A stretch of DNA of 64,000 nt from Bacteroidales bacterium (lineage in GTDB: Bacteria > Bacteroidota > Bacteroidia > Bacteroidales > WCHB1-69), in contig JAFZXM010000013.1 in NCBI GenBank assembly GCA_017616775.1, positions 9,124 through 73,123 of the forward strand. Reading direction: 5' to 3'. The translations under genes were made by a program, and so were the position numbers. The notes under the pieces were generated by a model. The model worked only from the letters and a program-made list of their open reading frames with translations. It ran no database searches and was not told the origin of the DNA. Of the stretch, positions 27,817-36,278 are shown piece by piece (position 1 is the first letter of the stretch; every line of letters begins with the position of its first letter).

Positions 27817-28581
27817 ATGAGAAACACACTTGTCATTTTGCCTTTGCTTTTTTGCTTGGCGGCTTGCGGACAAAATAATGCCCTATCGGGCGGTTACGAA
27901 AAGGATACTTTTATTACCGCGAGCGGAAAAACCATCGTCTTCCACGCTTTGGCACACGCCAGCATCCGCATAGAATTTGACGGAAAAGAGATAGAAATAG
28001 ATCCTGTGGGCAAACAGGGAAACCGTAGTATCAACTATGCCTCTTTTCCTAAAGCGGACTATATATTTATCACGCATGAGCATTTCGACCATTTGGATAA
28101 AAATGCCATTGTTACTCTTTCCAAGCAGGGAACCCGGGTTGTTACCAACCGCCGGTGTGCCGAAATGCTCGGCTATGGTACCGTTATGGACAACGGTGAC
28201 CGGCTTGTTCTCAACGAATGGCTGACAGTGGAGGCTGTTCCTGCATACAACATCACGGAAGGACATCTGAAGTTTCATCCCAAAGGTCGTGACAACGGAT
28301 ATATCCTCACCATCGACGGGGTGAAAATTTACATTGCAGGAGATACGGAGGATATTCCTGAATTGACAAACGGACAATCGGAGAGCATGCAAAATGTGGA
28401 TATAGCTTTTTTGCCTTGCAACCAGCCTTACACCATGACAGTCGCGCAATTGGTGAGGGCGGCAAAGGCCTTCCGTCCCAAAGTGCTGTTTCCTTACCAT
28501 TACAGTCAGACAGACGTAAGCACTATTCCGGCCTTACTTAAAGACGAAGGCATAGAGGTGCGTATCAGACATTACGAATAA
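27817..28581 (+). CDS. MBL-fold metallo-hydrolase (lipoprotein)
   Basis: Lipobox LAAC; ITHEHFDH, FHPKG, YIAGDT, PYHY. Confidence 0.92.
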   Translation: MRNTLVILPLLFCLAACGQNNALSGGYEKDTFITASGKTIVFHALAHASIRIEFDGKEIEIDPVGKQGNRSINYASFPKADYIFITHEHFDHLDKNAIVTLSKQGTRVVTNRRCAEMLGYGTVMDNGDRLVLNEWLTVEAVPAYNITEGHLKFHPKGRDNGYILTIDGVKIYIAGDTEDIPELTNGQSESMQNVDIAFLPCNQPYTMTVAQLVRAAKAFRPKVLFPYHYSQTDVSTIPALLKDEGIEVRIRHYE

Positions 28582-28599
28582 ACACCGTTTTATATTGAA

Positions 28600-28857
28600 A
28601 TGATGGAATTTGATGCTGTTATTCTTCAAAATGAAGATATGGATGCCGCCTATGTGGAGGTGCCTTTTGATATCAAGAAGTTGTTTGGCAAAGGCAGGCT
28701 TGCGGTTCATGCCACCTTTGACGGCGAACCGTATTGCGGGCAAATAGTGCGTATGGGAACGCCCTGTTATATCATAGGGGTGAGAAAAGATATTCGCAAA
28801 AAGATAGGAAAAACTTTTGGCGACAAGGTGCATGTAACGTTCAGGGAACGGAGCTGA
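28600..28857 (+). CDS. DUF1905 domain protein
   Basis: [39 protein letters not shown]. Confidence 0.88.
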   Translation: MMEFDAVILQNEDMDAAYVEVPFDIKKLFGKGRLAVHATFDGEPYCGQIVRMGTPCYIIGVRKDIRKKIGKTFGDKVHVTFRERS

Positions 28858-28874
28858 AAGCGCAGGCATGGCGT

Positions 28875-28894
28875 AAGCTTGCGTAATCAAGCTT
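28875..28894. terminator. hairpin between convergent genes
   Basis: AAGCTTG-CGTAAT-CAAGCTT inverted repeat; no strong T tract. Confidence 0.4.
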
Positions 28895-28919
28895 GCATTA
28901 TGTGTGAATGTGTGGTTTT

Positions 28920-29453
28920 TCAAAAAAGAGTGATAATGTCATCCATGCTTATGTCGTTGGCTTCAACAGGCACTTGCGGTATCATTTGAAAGGGATAGCA
29001 GATGCCTATGCGTTTGACATGCGGGTGCATACATAAAAATCTGTCGTAATAGCCTCGGCCTCTTCCCAATCGGTTGCCTTGCTTGTCAAAGGCAACGCCG
29101 GGGACTACTATCAAATCAAAATCACCTTCGTAAGGATGGTTTTGCGGCTCCATGATGTGAAAATCGCCTTCGGCAAAAGAGGTGTTGCCGGTGAGTTCTA
29201 CCGGAATGATATTGTCACCTGCAACGGTAGGCAGGATAATCCGTTTTTGATATCGCCATTTGTTGATAAATGCAGCCGTCTGCACTTCATCGGGAAGTGC
29301 ATAATAGAGCATTACATTGCGGGATTGGACAAAATAAGGATGGTTTTCCAGCAAATGCATTATTTGCATGGAGGTGTTTTCCAACCATGTTTTATCGTAT
29401 TGTTTTTTTAATTGCTTGATATATTTTCTCCATTCTTGTTTTTCCATTGTCAT
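28920..29453 (-). CDS. 5-formyltetrahydrofolate cyclo-ligase
   Basis: DLIVVPGVAFD..GNRLGRGRGYYDRFL. Confidence 0.95.
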   Translation of the reverse strand: MTMEKQEWRKYIKQLKKQYDKTWLENTSMQIMHLLENHPYFVQSRNVMLYYALPDEVQTAAFINKWRYQKRIILPTVAGDNIIPVELTGNTSFAEGDFHIMEPQNHPYEGDFDLIVVPGVAFDKQGNRLGRGRGYYDRFLCMHPHVKRIGICYPFQMIPQVPVEANDISMDDIITLF

Positions 29454-29460
29454 AAAATAC

Positions 29461-29479
29461 AAAACCGCCCAAAGGCGGT
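29461..29479 (-). terminator. possible intrinsic terminator after the FadL-like gene
   Basis: Minus strand ACCGCC-TTTG-GGCGGT followed by TTT. Confidence 0.5.
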
Positions 29480-29505
29480 CAGGTTGTTATTTTGAAAACA
29501 GATGA

Positions 29506-30966
29506 TTATAATTTAAATCCCAAGGTGAGCGTAAAAGTTTGATGTTTCATATTTTGTTGGAAACTATTTAACTTTTCTGCATTGTAGAATTTGTTATTAT
29601 CGTTATATAGCCTGTATGCATAGGCAAAATCCATGAAGAAAGTTTTGGTTTTAAAACCTATGCCTCCCGAAATGGTATGACGGCTGCCGTCTATATTTAT
29701 TTCTTGAGAATAGGGGTTGGTCATATAGGCATAGCCTAAGCGGAACGACAGCGGGTTAACGTTGAATTCGGCTCCGACTCTGATGGTGTGTGTGGCTTTG
29801 TAATAGGATTTTATATTATTGTTTTCCATTTCAAAGTCATAATCGTTAACGTCGGCTTGCAATTGCATGGTAGAATAATCAGTCATTTCGTAATCCACGT
29901 TTACAAAACCCCATGTTTTGAACATAAAAGCTACATTTGCCATTATTTTGTACGGGGTGATAAGGGTGTAGTTAAAATAGCCGTCGGCATAGGTGAATTC
30001 GTAATTGACAGTATCAATATTTTCTACATGATACATGCTTAAAATTTGCTGATAGTTGGATTTTACTTTATTGTAGAACGAAGGAGTGTGGAAACCCACG
30101 CCTATACGCATGAAAGAAATGGGTTGATATATCAAACCGAGTTTTAAATTGATACCGGAACCTTTTTCTTTGTAATAGTCGGAAAAAACAAGGGAGTCGT
30201 AATGGGTGTTTTCTCCTTCGGAATAAATTCTGTTGGAAGTATATGAAAAAAACGGAATACCCAAGGTAAAGCCTATGAACAGCTGGTCGTTGTAATTGGC
30301 TCCGCCGGAGAATATATATTCTCCTTTGTATCCTTTGGTTGTCTGGGTTTGCTTTTGATATAGTTCGTCATCTACCAAACTGGCGTATTGGTCGCTATAT
30401 CCGGAAACGGTATCTATCAGCCAATGGTAATATAATTTGTCGGCTAAAGTGTTGCCATAACCTAAAGTGGAATAGTCTTTTCCGTTAACCAAAGGTGCCA
30501 GATAATCTATAAAAGACGAGGTGATGCCGTTATAAGCATTGTTTCCTCTTACCAGCGACATGCCGTTGTAATCGCTTGTATGCACATATCCGGTGGCAAA
30601 CTGAGCCATTTTCCATTTGGTATTGTTTTTAATATTAAAAGCGAACACCATCCCTAAATCATCCATGGTAAAACGGTATTTGTTGGCATAAGAAGAAACC
30701 CCGTTGTAACCGGAAGATGTTTTTTTGTAATTGATGGTGGGTGTGAATGTAAATTCCGACCGTTTGTATAAACCTATAGAGGCAGGGTTGGATTGTGACA
30801 GCAAGGAAAAATCGGCGCCAAAAGCACCCATGGAACCTGCAAGAGACATGTAACGGGCGGTGCCGAAAGTGCCGTCTTGTGAATAGCGGTAGGCATCCCG
30901 TTCGTTTTGGGCGTGGGCAAAGAATACGGCCATTATAATGGTGAATGTTAATATTTCTTTTTTCAT
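29506..30966 (-). CDS. OmpP1/FadL-family outer-membrane transporter
   Basis: Signal peptide; GTARYMSLAGSMGAFGAD.S..NPA, GINLKLG.I, HTP, GAE, RLGY; terminal LGFKL. Confidence 0.85.
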   Translation of the reverse strand: MKKEILTFTIIMAVFFAHAQNERDAYRYSQDGTFGTARYMSLAGSMGAFGADFSLLSQSNPASIGLYKRSEFTFTPTINYKKTSSGYNGVSSYANKYRFTMDDLGMVFAFNIKNNTKWKMAQFATGYVHTSDYNGMSLVRGNNAYNGITSSFIDYLAPLVNGKDYSTLGYGNTLADKLYYHWLIDTVSGYSDQYASLVDDELYQKQTQTTKGYKGEYIFSGGANYNDQLFIGFTLGIPFFSYTSNRIYSEGENTHYDSLVFSDYYKEKGSGINLKLGLIYQPISFMRIGVGFHTPSFYNKVKSNYQQILSMYHVENIDTVNYEFTYADGYFNYTLITPYKIMANVAFMFKTWGFVNVDYEMTDYSTMQLQADVNDYDFEMENNNIKSYYKATHTIRVGAEFNVNPLSFRLGYAYMTNPYSQEINIDGSRHTISGGIGFKTKTFFMDFAYAYRLYNDNNKFYNAEKLNSFQQNMKHQTFTLTLGFKL

Positions 30967-30998
30967 GGCGAATAGTATTTTATATATTTTTTATAAAG

Positions 30999-32546
30999 TT
31001 AGTGACTTCTGTTACTTCCGCTTGAAGAGCGGCTTGATGAGGATGAGGAATGGCTTCCCGATGAGGAATGGCTTCCTGAACTTGAAGAAGAAAAACTTCC
31101 TGAAGAAGAGCGACTTGTGGAAGAGCTGCCCGATGATGAAGAACTTCTGGGTGATGAATAAGAACCGCTGTTGCCGGACGGCCTTGAGTAGGAACTGCTG
31201 CTGTTGGACGGTCTGGAATAGGAGCTGCTGCTGCCGGCACTTCTGTTGTTGTTATTGGCAGGAGTAGTGGTGGAAGCAGAGCGGGATTGTCCCGAATTGC
31301 TCGGGGAAGTATAAATATTGCTATGAGTAGTGGAGGTATTATTATTACTTCTGGAAGAAGAGCTGTTGTCATAATTGTTGTTCACACTGCTTTTGCCGGA
31401 GGAGGCGGTGTTGGGTTGTGTTTTGGCAGCGGTGGAGGTTCCGGTAGTGGCAGTGGGAGTGGAAGAGATATTGCTGCGGTTATTGTTTTCTGTACCGGAA
31501 GAAGAGCCATTGTGTGAGATTACACTTCTGTTGTCTGTTTGTGTTGCCTTGTTGTCGGGTGTTTGCGATGCTGCCACACCGCTGGTAGCGGTATTGACAT
31601 TACTGCGGTTGGTAACTTGGGAAGAAGCACTTACATTATCTGCGGAAACCGCGGTGTTGTTGCTTTTGGCGTTAGCATTGGCGGTGTTGCCGACACTTTG
31701 GGTCACGCCGCTGCGGGCGGCAAAGCCACTGGCCATAGCTGTTTCGTAACGTTCACCGAACGAAGAGGCCTTGGGTTCGTTATCTTCTTTGGAACTGCGG
31801 CGGTCCCCGCCGTTGGTGATATTACGGGCTACGGCGTTAATGCCGCCTTGTACCGAATTGCGGTGTCCGTAATTATAGGCATAGTTCCTGTCATGGCTGT
31901 TATAAAAATGATCTCCATGGAATCCTCCCGGATGTGGTGAGGAATGATAGTGATGATGGTGATGATGAGGGAATATGTCATAATGAGCATAGTAAGGACG
32001 ATGCCAACCCCATCCCCAATAAAAACCATGATGATAATAAGCGGTGGGATAGTAATACGGACGATAATACCATGGATCATCCCACCAGAAGTTATAACCA
32101 TAATAAATGCTTACACCCCAGCAGGAAGGATTATAATTGTACCAATATTGATTGGTAAAATAGGGATCGTAATAACCCCAACCGTAGTCATAGCCGTAAA
32201 AACGTCTCAAACGGGCGGTGTATTCATAATCATAATAACTGTTTTCGTCAAAATAATAATTATTGTTGGTAACATAGGTGGCATTGCCGTTTTCATCATA
32301 ATATGTTTCCGAATTGGAATATACCGGATGATAGGTTTCTGTCGGCTGCTCTTCCATTATGGGTTCGGCAGGTTCGGAATAGTTTTGGGCAACAGTTGTT
32401 TGTGCGGAAGCAGTTTGGCGTAAACTTTGATTGTGCTGCTGCATTTGAGCTACGGTATAATAACCGTCGTCAAACAAAATATTGTCATTAATGGAGCATG
32501 AAACCAGCAATATAGCAATTGTTAATGGAAATATCAGTTTTTTCAT
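30999..32546 (-). CDS. low-complexity lipoprotein (Tyr/Trp/His-rich core, Ser/Asn/Arg-rich tail)
   Basis: Lipobox LLVSC; DYEYTARLRRF, His6 at 31950-31967, ~200-aa S/N/T-rich C-terminus. Confidence 0.8.
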   Translation of the reverse strand: MKKLIFPLTIAILLVSCSINDNILFDDGYYTVAQMQQHNQSLRQTASAQTTVAQNYSEPAEPIMEEQPTETYHPVYSNSETYYDENGNATYVTNNNYYFDENSYYDYEYTARLRRFYGYDYGWGYYDPYFTNQYWYNYNPSCWGVSIYYGYNFWWDDPWYYRPYYYPTAYYHHGFYWGWGWHRPYYAHYDIFPHHHHHHYHSSPHPGGFHGDHFYNSHDRNYAYNYGHRNSVQGGINAVARNITNGGDRRSSKEDNEPKASSFGERYETAMASGFAARSGVTQSVGNTANANAKSNNTAVSADNVSASSQVTNRSNVNTATSGVAASQTPDNKATQTDNRSVISHNGSSSGTENNNRSNISSTPTATTGTSTAAKTQPNTASSGKSSVNNNYDNSSSSRSNNNTSTTHSNIYTSPSNSGQSRSASTTTPANNNNRSAGSSSSYSRPSNSSSSYSRPSGNSGSYSSPRSSSSSGSSSTSRSSSGSFSSSSSGSHSSSGSHSSSSSSRSSSGSNRSH

Positions 32547-32645
32547 CGGGTAACCCTCCTATTTGTTTTTATATTTTAATATTTTTTAGTACCTTTGCAT
32601 GTTTTTTCCAATTAACGTAAAAACACGACATTTATTATTTATATA

Positions 32646-32664
32646 TATTCAAAAACTATACCAA
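32646..32664 (-). promoter_or_regulatory. sigma54-like -24/-12 site for the lipoprotein-FadL operon
   Basis: Minus strand TTGGTATAGTTTTTGAATA (GG-N10-GA), 17/19 identical to the site at 57142-57160. Confidence 0.55.
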
Positions 32665-32668
32665 AATT

Positions 32669-34141
32669 ATGGCAAAGGTATTAACTTCAAGACAAGAGAA
32701 CTATTCACAATGGTATAATGACTTGATAGTGAAAGCGGAAATGGCTGAAAATTCAGCAGTAAGAGGTTGTATGGTAATAAAACCGTACGGGTATTCATTG
32801 TGGGAAAACATGCAAAGAATATTGGACGGAATGTTTAAACAAACGGGGCATGTGAATGCATATTTTCCGTTGTTTATTCCAAAATCGTTTTTCAGTCGGG
32901 AAGCCAGTCATGTGGAAGGTTTTGCCAAAGAGTGTGCGGTGGTTACGCATTATCGTCTCAAAACAGATGCAACGGGTAAAGGCATAGTGGTGGATGAGGA
33001 CGCCAAATTGGAAGAAGAGTTGATAGTGCGACCCACATCAGAGACGATAATATGGAACACGTATAAGAATTGGATACAATCGTACAGAGATTTACCGATA
33101 TTGTGCAATCAGTGGGCCAATGTGGTGCGGTGGGAAATGCGCACCCGCTTGTTTTTGCGCACGGCAGAATTTTTGTGGCAGGAAGGGCATACGGCTCACG
33201 AATCGGCAGAAGAGGCATTGCAGGAAACGGAAAAGATGATTAATGTATATGCCGATTTTGTGGAAAAATATATGGCCATACCTGTAATAAAAGGTCGTAA
33301 AAGCGCCAATGAACGGTTTGCAGGAGCCATAGACACCTATTGTATTGAGGCTCTTATGCAAGACGGCAAGGCTTTGCAAGCCGGTACTTCTCATTTTTTG
33401 GGGCAAAATTTTGCCAAAGCCTTTGATGTGAAATTTTTAAACAAAGAAAACAAATTGGATTATGTATGGGCTACCTCTTGGGGGGTGTCTACCAGACTGA
33501 TAGGAGCACTTGTTATGTCTCATTCCGATGACAACGGATTGGTATTGCCGCCTAAAATTGCACCTTTGCAAGTAGTGATAGTGCCCATATACAGAGATAA
33601 AGAAGGCTTGGAAAAAGTGTCAAAAGTAGCCGTGGAACTCAAAACCCGATTGGAACAATTGAATATCAGTGTAAAATATGACGATAGGGATTCTTTGCGT
33701 TCGGGAGAAAAATTCAATATCTATGAGTTGAAAGGTGTTCCGGTAAGAATTACCATAGGGCCGCGGGATTTGGAACAGAACCAGGTGGAAATATGTCGCA
33801 GGGATACGTTGGAAAAATCCAATATGCACATTCAGGATGTGGCTGAAGCCATGCCCCGTTTGTTGGAAGATATTCAGGAGAGTATATTCCAAAAAGCCAA
33901 AAAATTCCGGGACGACCATATTATCAAGGCGGATACATGGGAAGAATTTGAAAAAGCGATAGAAAACGGCGGGTTTGTGTCGGCACATTGGGACGGCACC
34001 ACCGAAACGGAAGTGGCCATCAAAGAAAAAACAAAAGCCACCATCCGGTGCATTCCTTTTAACAATCCGCAAGAAGAAGGCAAGTGTATACTTACCGGCA
34101 AACCGTCAAAAGAGAGAGTGTTGTTTGCCAAAGCTTATTAA
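32669..34141 (+). CDS. proS: proline--tRNA ligase (archaeal/eukaryote-like type)
   Basis: [59 protein letters not shown]; ends FAKAY. Confidence 0.97.
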   Translation: MAKVLTSRQENYSQWYNDLIVKAEMAENSAVRGCMVIKPYGYSLWENMQRILDGMFKQTGHVNAYFPLFIPKSFFSREASHVEGFAKECAVVTHYRLKTDATGKGIVVDEDAKLEEELIVRPTSETIIWNTYKNWIQSYRDLPILCNQWANVVRWEMRTRLFLRTAEFLWQEGHTAHESAEEALQETEKMINVYADFVEKYMAIPVIKGRKSANERFAGAIDTYCIEALMQDGKALQAGTSHFLGQNFAKAFDVKFLNKENKLDYVWATSWGVSTRLIGALVMSHSDDNGLVLPPKIAPLQVVIVPIYRDKEGLEKVSKVAVELKTRLEQLNISVKYDDRDSLRSGEKFNIYELKGVPVRITIGPRDLEQNQVEICRRDTLEKSNMHIQDVAEAMPRLLEDIQESIFQKAKKFRDDHIIKADTWEEFEKAIENGGFVSAHWDGTTETEVAIKEKTKATIRCIPFNNPQEEGKCILTGKPSKERVLFAKAY

Positions 34142-34183
34142 TGCACGGCGGACGGCGCTATTTTGCAATTAAAAATTGACAAT

Positions 34184-34963
34184 ATGAACATCATCACATA
34201 TAATGTAAACGGCATAAGGTCGGCTGTGACAAAAGGCTTGTTGGATTGGATAAAGGATGCCGGTCCGGATGTGTTGTGCATACAGGAAACCAAGGCGCAA
34301 GCCGATCAAATACCTTCATTGTTGTTGCAGCAGGCGGGCTACCATGTCTATAGCTTTTCGGCACAAAAGAAAGGATATAGCGGAGTGGCAATATTTACCA
34401 AACAAAAGCCGGATAAAGTGACGGCAGGAATGAATATGCCCGTATATGACAATGAAGGCCGGTTTTTAAGAGCGGATTTCGGTCCTTTGTCTGTGGTGAG
34501 TGTATATCATCCCTCAGGGAGCAGCGGAGATGAAAGACAGGCTTTCAAAATGCAGTGGCTGGAAGATTTTTTGCAATATATAAATGTATTAAAGCAAGAA
34601 CGCCCTTTTTTGATATTGTGCGGGGATTACAATATATGTCACAAGCCTATAGATATACACAATCCTGCAGGGCATGTGAACACTTCCGGATTTTTGCCCG
34701 AAGAAAGGCAGTGGATGGATAAATTTATAGATAGCGGATTTATAGATACTTTCCGGCATTTTAATCAAGAGCCGGAACAATATTCATGGTGGAGTTTCAG
34801 AGGCGGTGCCAAAGCCAAAAATTTGGGTTGGCGCATAGATTACAATATGGCAACCGCCAATTTGGAAAAAGCACTGAAACGCTCTGTTATTTTGTCAAAA
34901 GTGAATTTTTCCGACCATTGTCCTGTATTGTTGGAAATAGATGAAAGCGTGATAGCAGAATAA
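34184..34963 (+). CDS. xth: exodeoxyribonuclease III
   Basis: YNVNGIR, IQETK, GYSGV, GDYN, GWRIDY, SDHCP. Confidence 0.95.
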   Translation: MNIITYNVNGIRSAVTKGLLDWIKDAGPDVLCIQETKAQADQIPSLLLQQAGYHVYSFSAQKKGYSGVAIFTKQKPDKVTAGMNMPVYDNEGRFLRADFGPLSVVSVYHPSGSSGDERQAFKMQWLEDFLQYINVLKQERPFLILCGDYNICHKPIDIHNPAGHVNTSGFLPEERQWMDKFIDSGFIDTFRHFNQEPEQYSWWSFRGGAKAKNLGWRIDYNMATANLEKALKRSVILSKVNFSDHCPVLLEIDESVIAE

Positions 34964-35033
34964 GCGTGTGAAAGAACAAGGAAATTGATTCCTGAAATTT
35001 CAGCAAAGACGATAAGTTATCAATGTAAGACAA

Positions 35034-36257
35034 CTAACCGTTATCTTTTACATCCAACACATCACGCAGCACATTGCCTAATAGCATAAAGCAGAGCACC
35101 AGCAGCATAATGGCTATTCCCGGCACTATGGCCAAATAGGCGTAATCAAGTATGATATAGCCGTAGTTTTCTTTAATCATGGTTCCCCAGGAAGGCATGG
35201 GAGCCTGCACGCCTATACCCAAAAAGCTAAGGCTGGCTTCGGTGAGTATGGCTGAAGCAAAATTAGCGGCTGCCACAACGATGATAGTACCTGTGATATT
35301 GGGTAATATATGTTTGAATATAATGCTTATATTTTTAAACCCCATTGCTTTGGAGGCTTCCACATATTCTTTTTCTCTCAGTGATATCACTTGTCCGCGT
35401 ACCACACGGGCGATATCCACCCACATGGTAAGTCCGATAGCGATGAAAATTTGCCAAAAGCCCGTGCCTAAGGCAAAACTGATGGCTATTACCAGCAGCA
35501 GGGTAGGAATAGACCACACCACATTGATGAACCACATGATAAAGTCATCCACCTTTCCTTTGTAAAATCCGGCAACAGCTCCTAAAAATATACCTATAAT
35601 AAGAGCGATAAATACGGATACAAATCCTACGGAAAGGCTGACTCTTGCCCCTATAATAAGTTGGCTGAGCACATCTCTCCCATATCTGTCGGTACCTAAA
35701 ATGTAGGTTTTTGTGTGTATCCGCTTTATTGCGGCTTGTTGTAACTGCGTTACGGTTTGGCTGATTTTTTCGTGATGAACAGTGGTGAAAGTACATGTTT
35801 GGCCGTCGGTAACAACAGGGCTTTGTTCATCCAAAGCATATATTACATCCGCCAAATGATAAGCTTCTCTGTCGTAAGGTGCCGATTCGTGGAGGCGGTA
35901 AACAATTAAGCTGTCATGTTTGACAGTATAATTGCTTATTGCTATCGGAGTACAGTCGTCTGGTTGCCCGAAAAGCATTTTGCGGATAAAATGGTAATGC
36001 GGGACATCGTAATTTTTTTTAACGGGCACCATTTTGACCTTCGACATCGGTTTTAGCAAACGGATTTCCAATATTTGTTCATTGGCATAGGGGGTGCTGT
36101 CGGGAGTGATGGCATATCCCAAAACGGCAATGACGGAAAGTATGCCTATGAAGACAAGAAAGGTCATGCCTTGTTTGTTTTTGCAGAATTTCCGCCAGGC
36201 AATAGCACTTACCGATTGTGCTTTGTATCGGGTTTTATTTTGAAAAAACAAACTCAT
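35034..36257 (-). CDS. peptide ABC transporter permease (OppC/DppC type)
   Basis: LGTDRYGRD, EYVEAS.AMG, HILPN, LSFLG.G.Q.P.PSWG.M. Confidence 0.92.
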   Translation of the reverse strand: MSLFFQNKTRYKAQSVSAIAWRKFCKNKQGMTFLVFIGILSVIAVLGYAITPDSTPYANEQILEIRLLKPMSKVKMVPVKKNYDVPHYHFIRKMLFGQPDDCTPIAISNYTVKHDSLIVYRLHESAPYDREAYHLADVIYALDEQSPVVTDGQTCTFTTVHHEKISQTVTQLQQAAIKRIHTKTYILGTDRYGRDVLSQLIIGARVSLSVGFVSVFIALIIGIFLGAVAGFYKGKVDDFIMWFINVVWSIPTLLLVIAISFALGTGFWQIFIAIGLTMWVDIARVVRGQVISLREKEYVEASKAMGFKNISIIFKHILPNITGTIIVVAAANFASAILTEASLSFLGIGVQAPMPSWGTMIKENYGYIILDYAYLAIVPGIAIMLLVLCFMLLGNVLRDVLDVKDNG

Positions 36258-36278
36258 GGTTATATATCTGCGGTGGAT

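Noticed and set aside
27817-28581. MBL-fold gene as an antibiotic-resistance metallo-beta-lactamase
   Set aside because: Its motifs (THEHFDH, AGDT, PYHY) fit the generic UPF0173-like hydrolases rather than class B enzymes.
29454-29505. 6S RNA upstream of 5-formyl-THF cyclo-ligase, as in the ssrS-ygfA arrangement
   Set aside because: The gap is only ~50 nt, too short for 6S RNA.
31020-31330. Short tandem repeats as a CRISPR array or VNTR element
   Set aside because: They are codon-level repeats of the Ser-rich lipoprotein tail, with no repeat-spacer periodicity and no cas genes.
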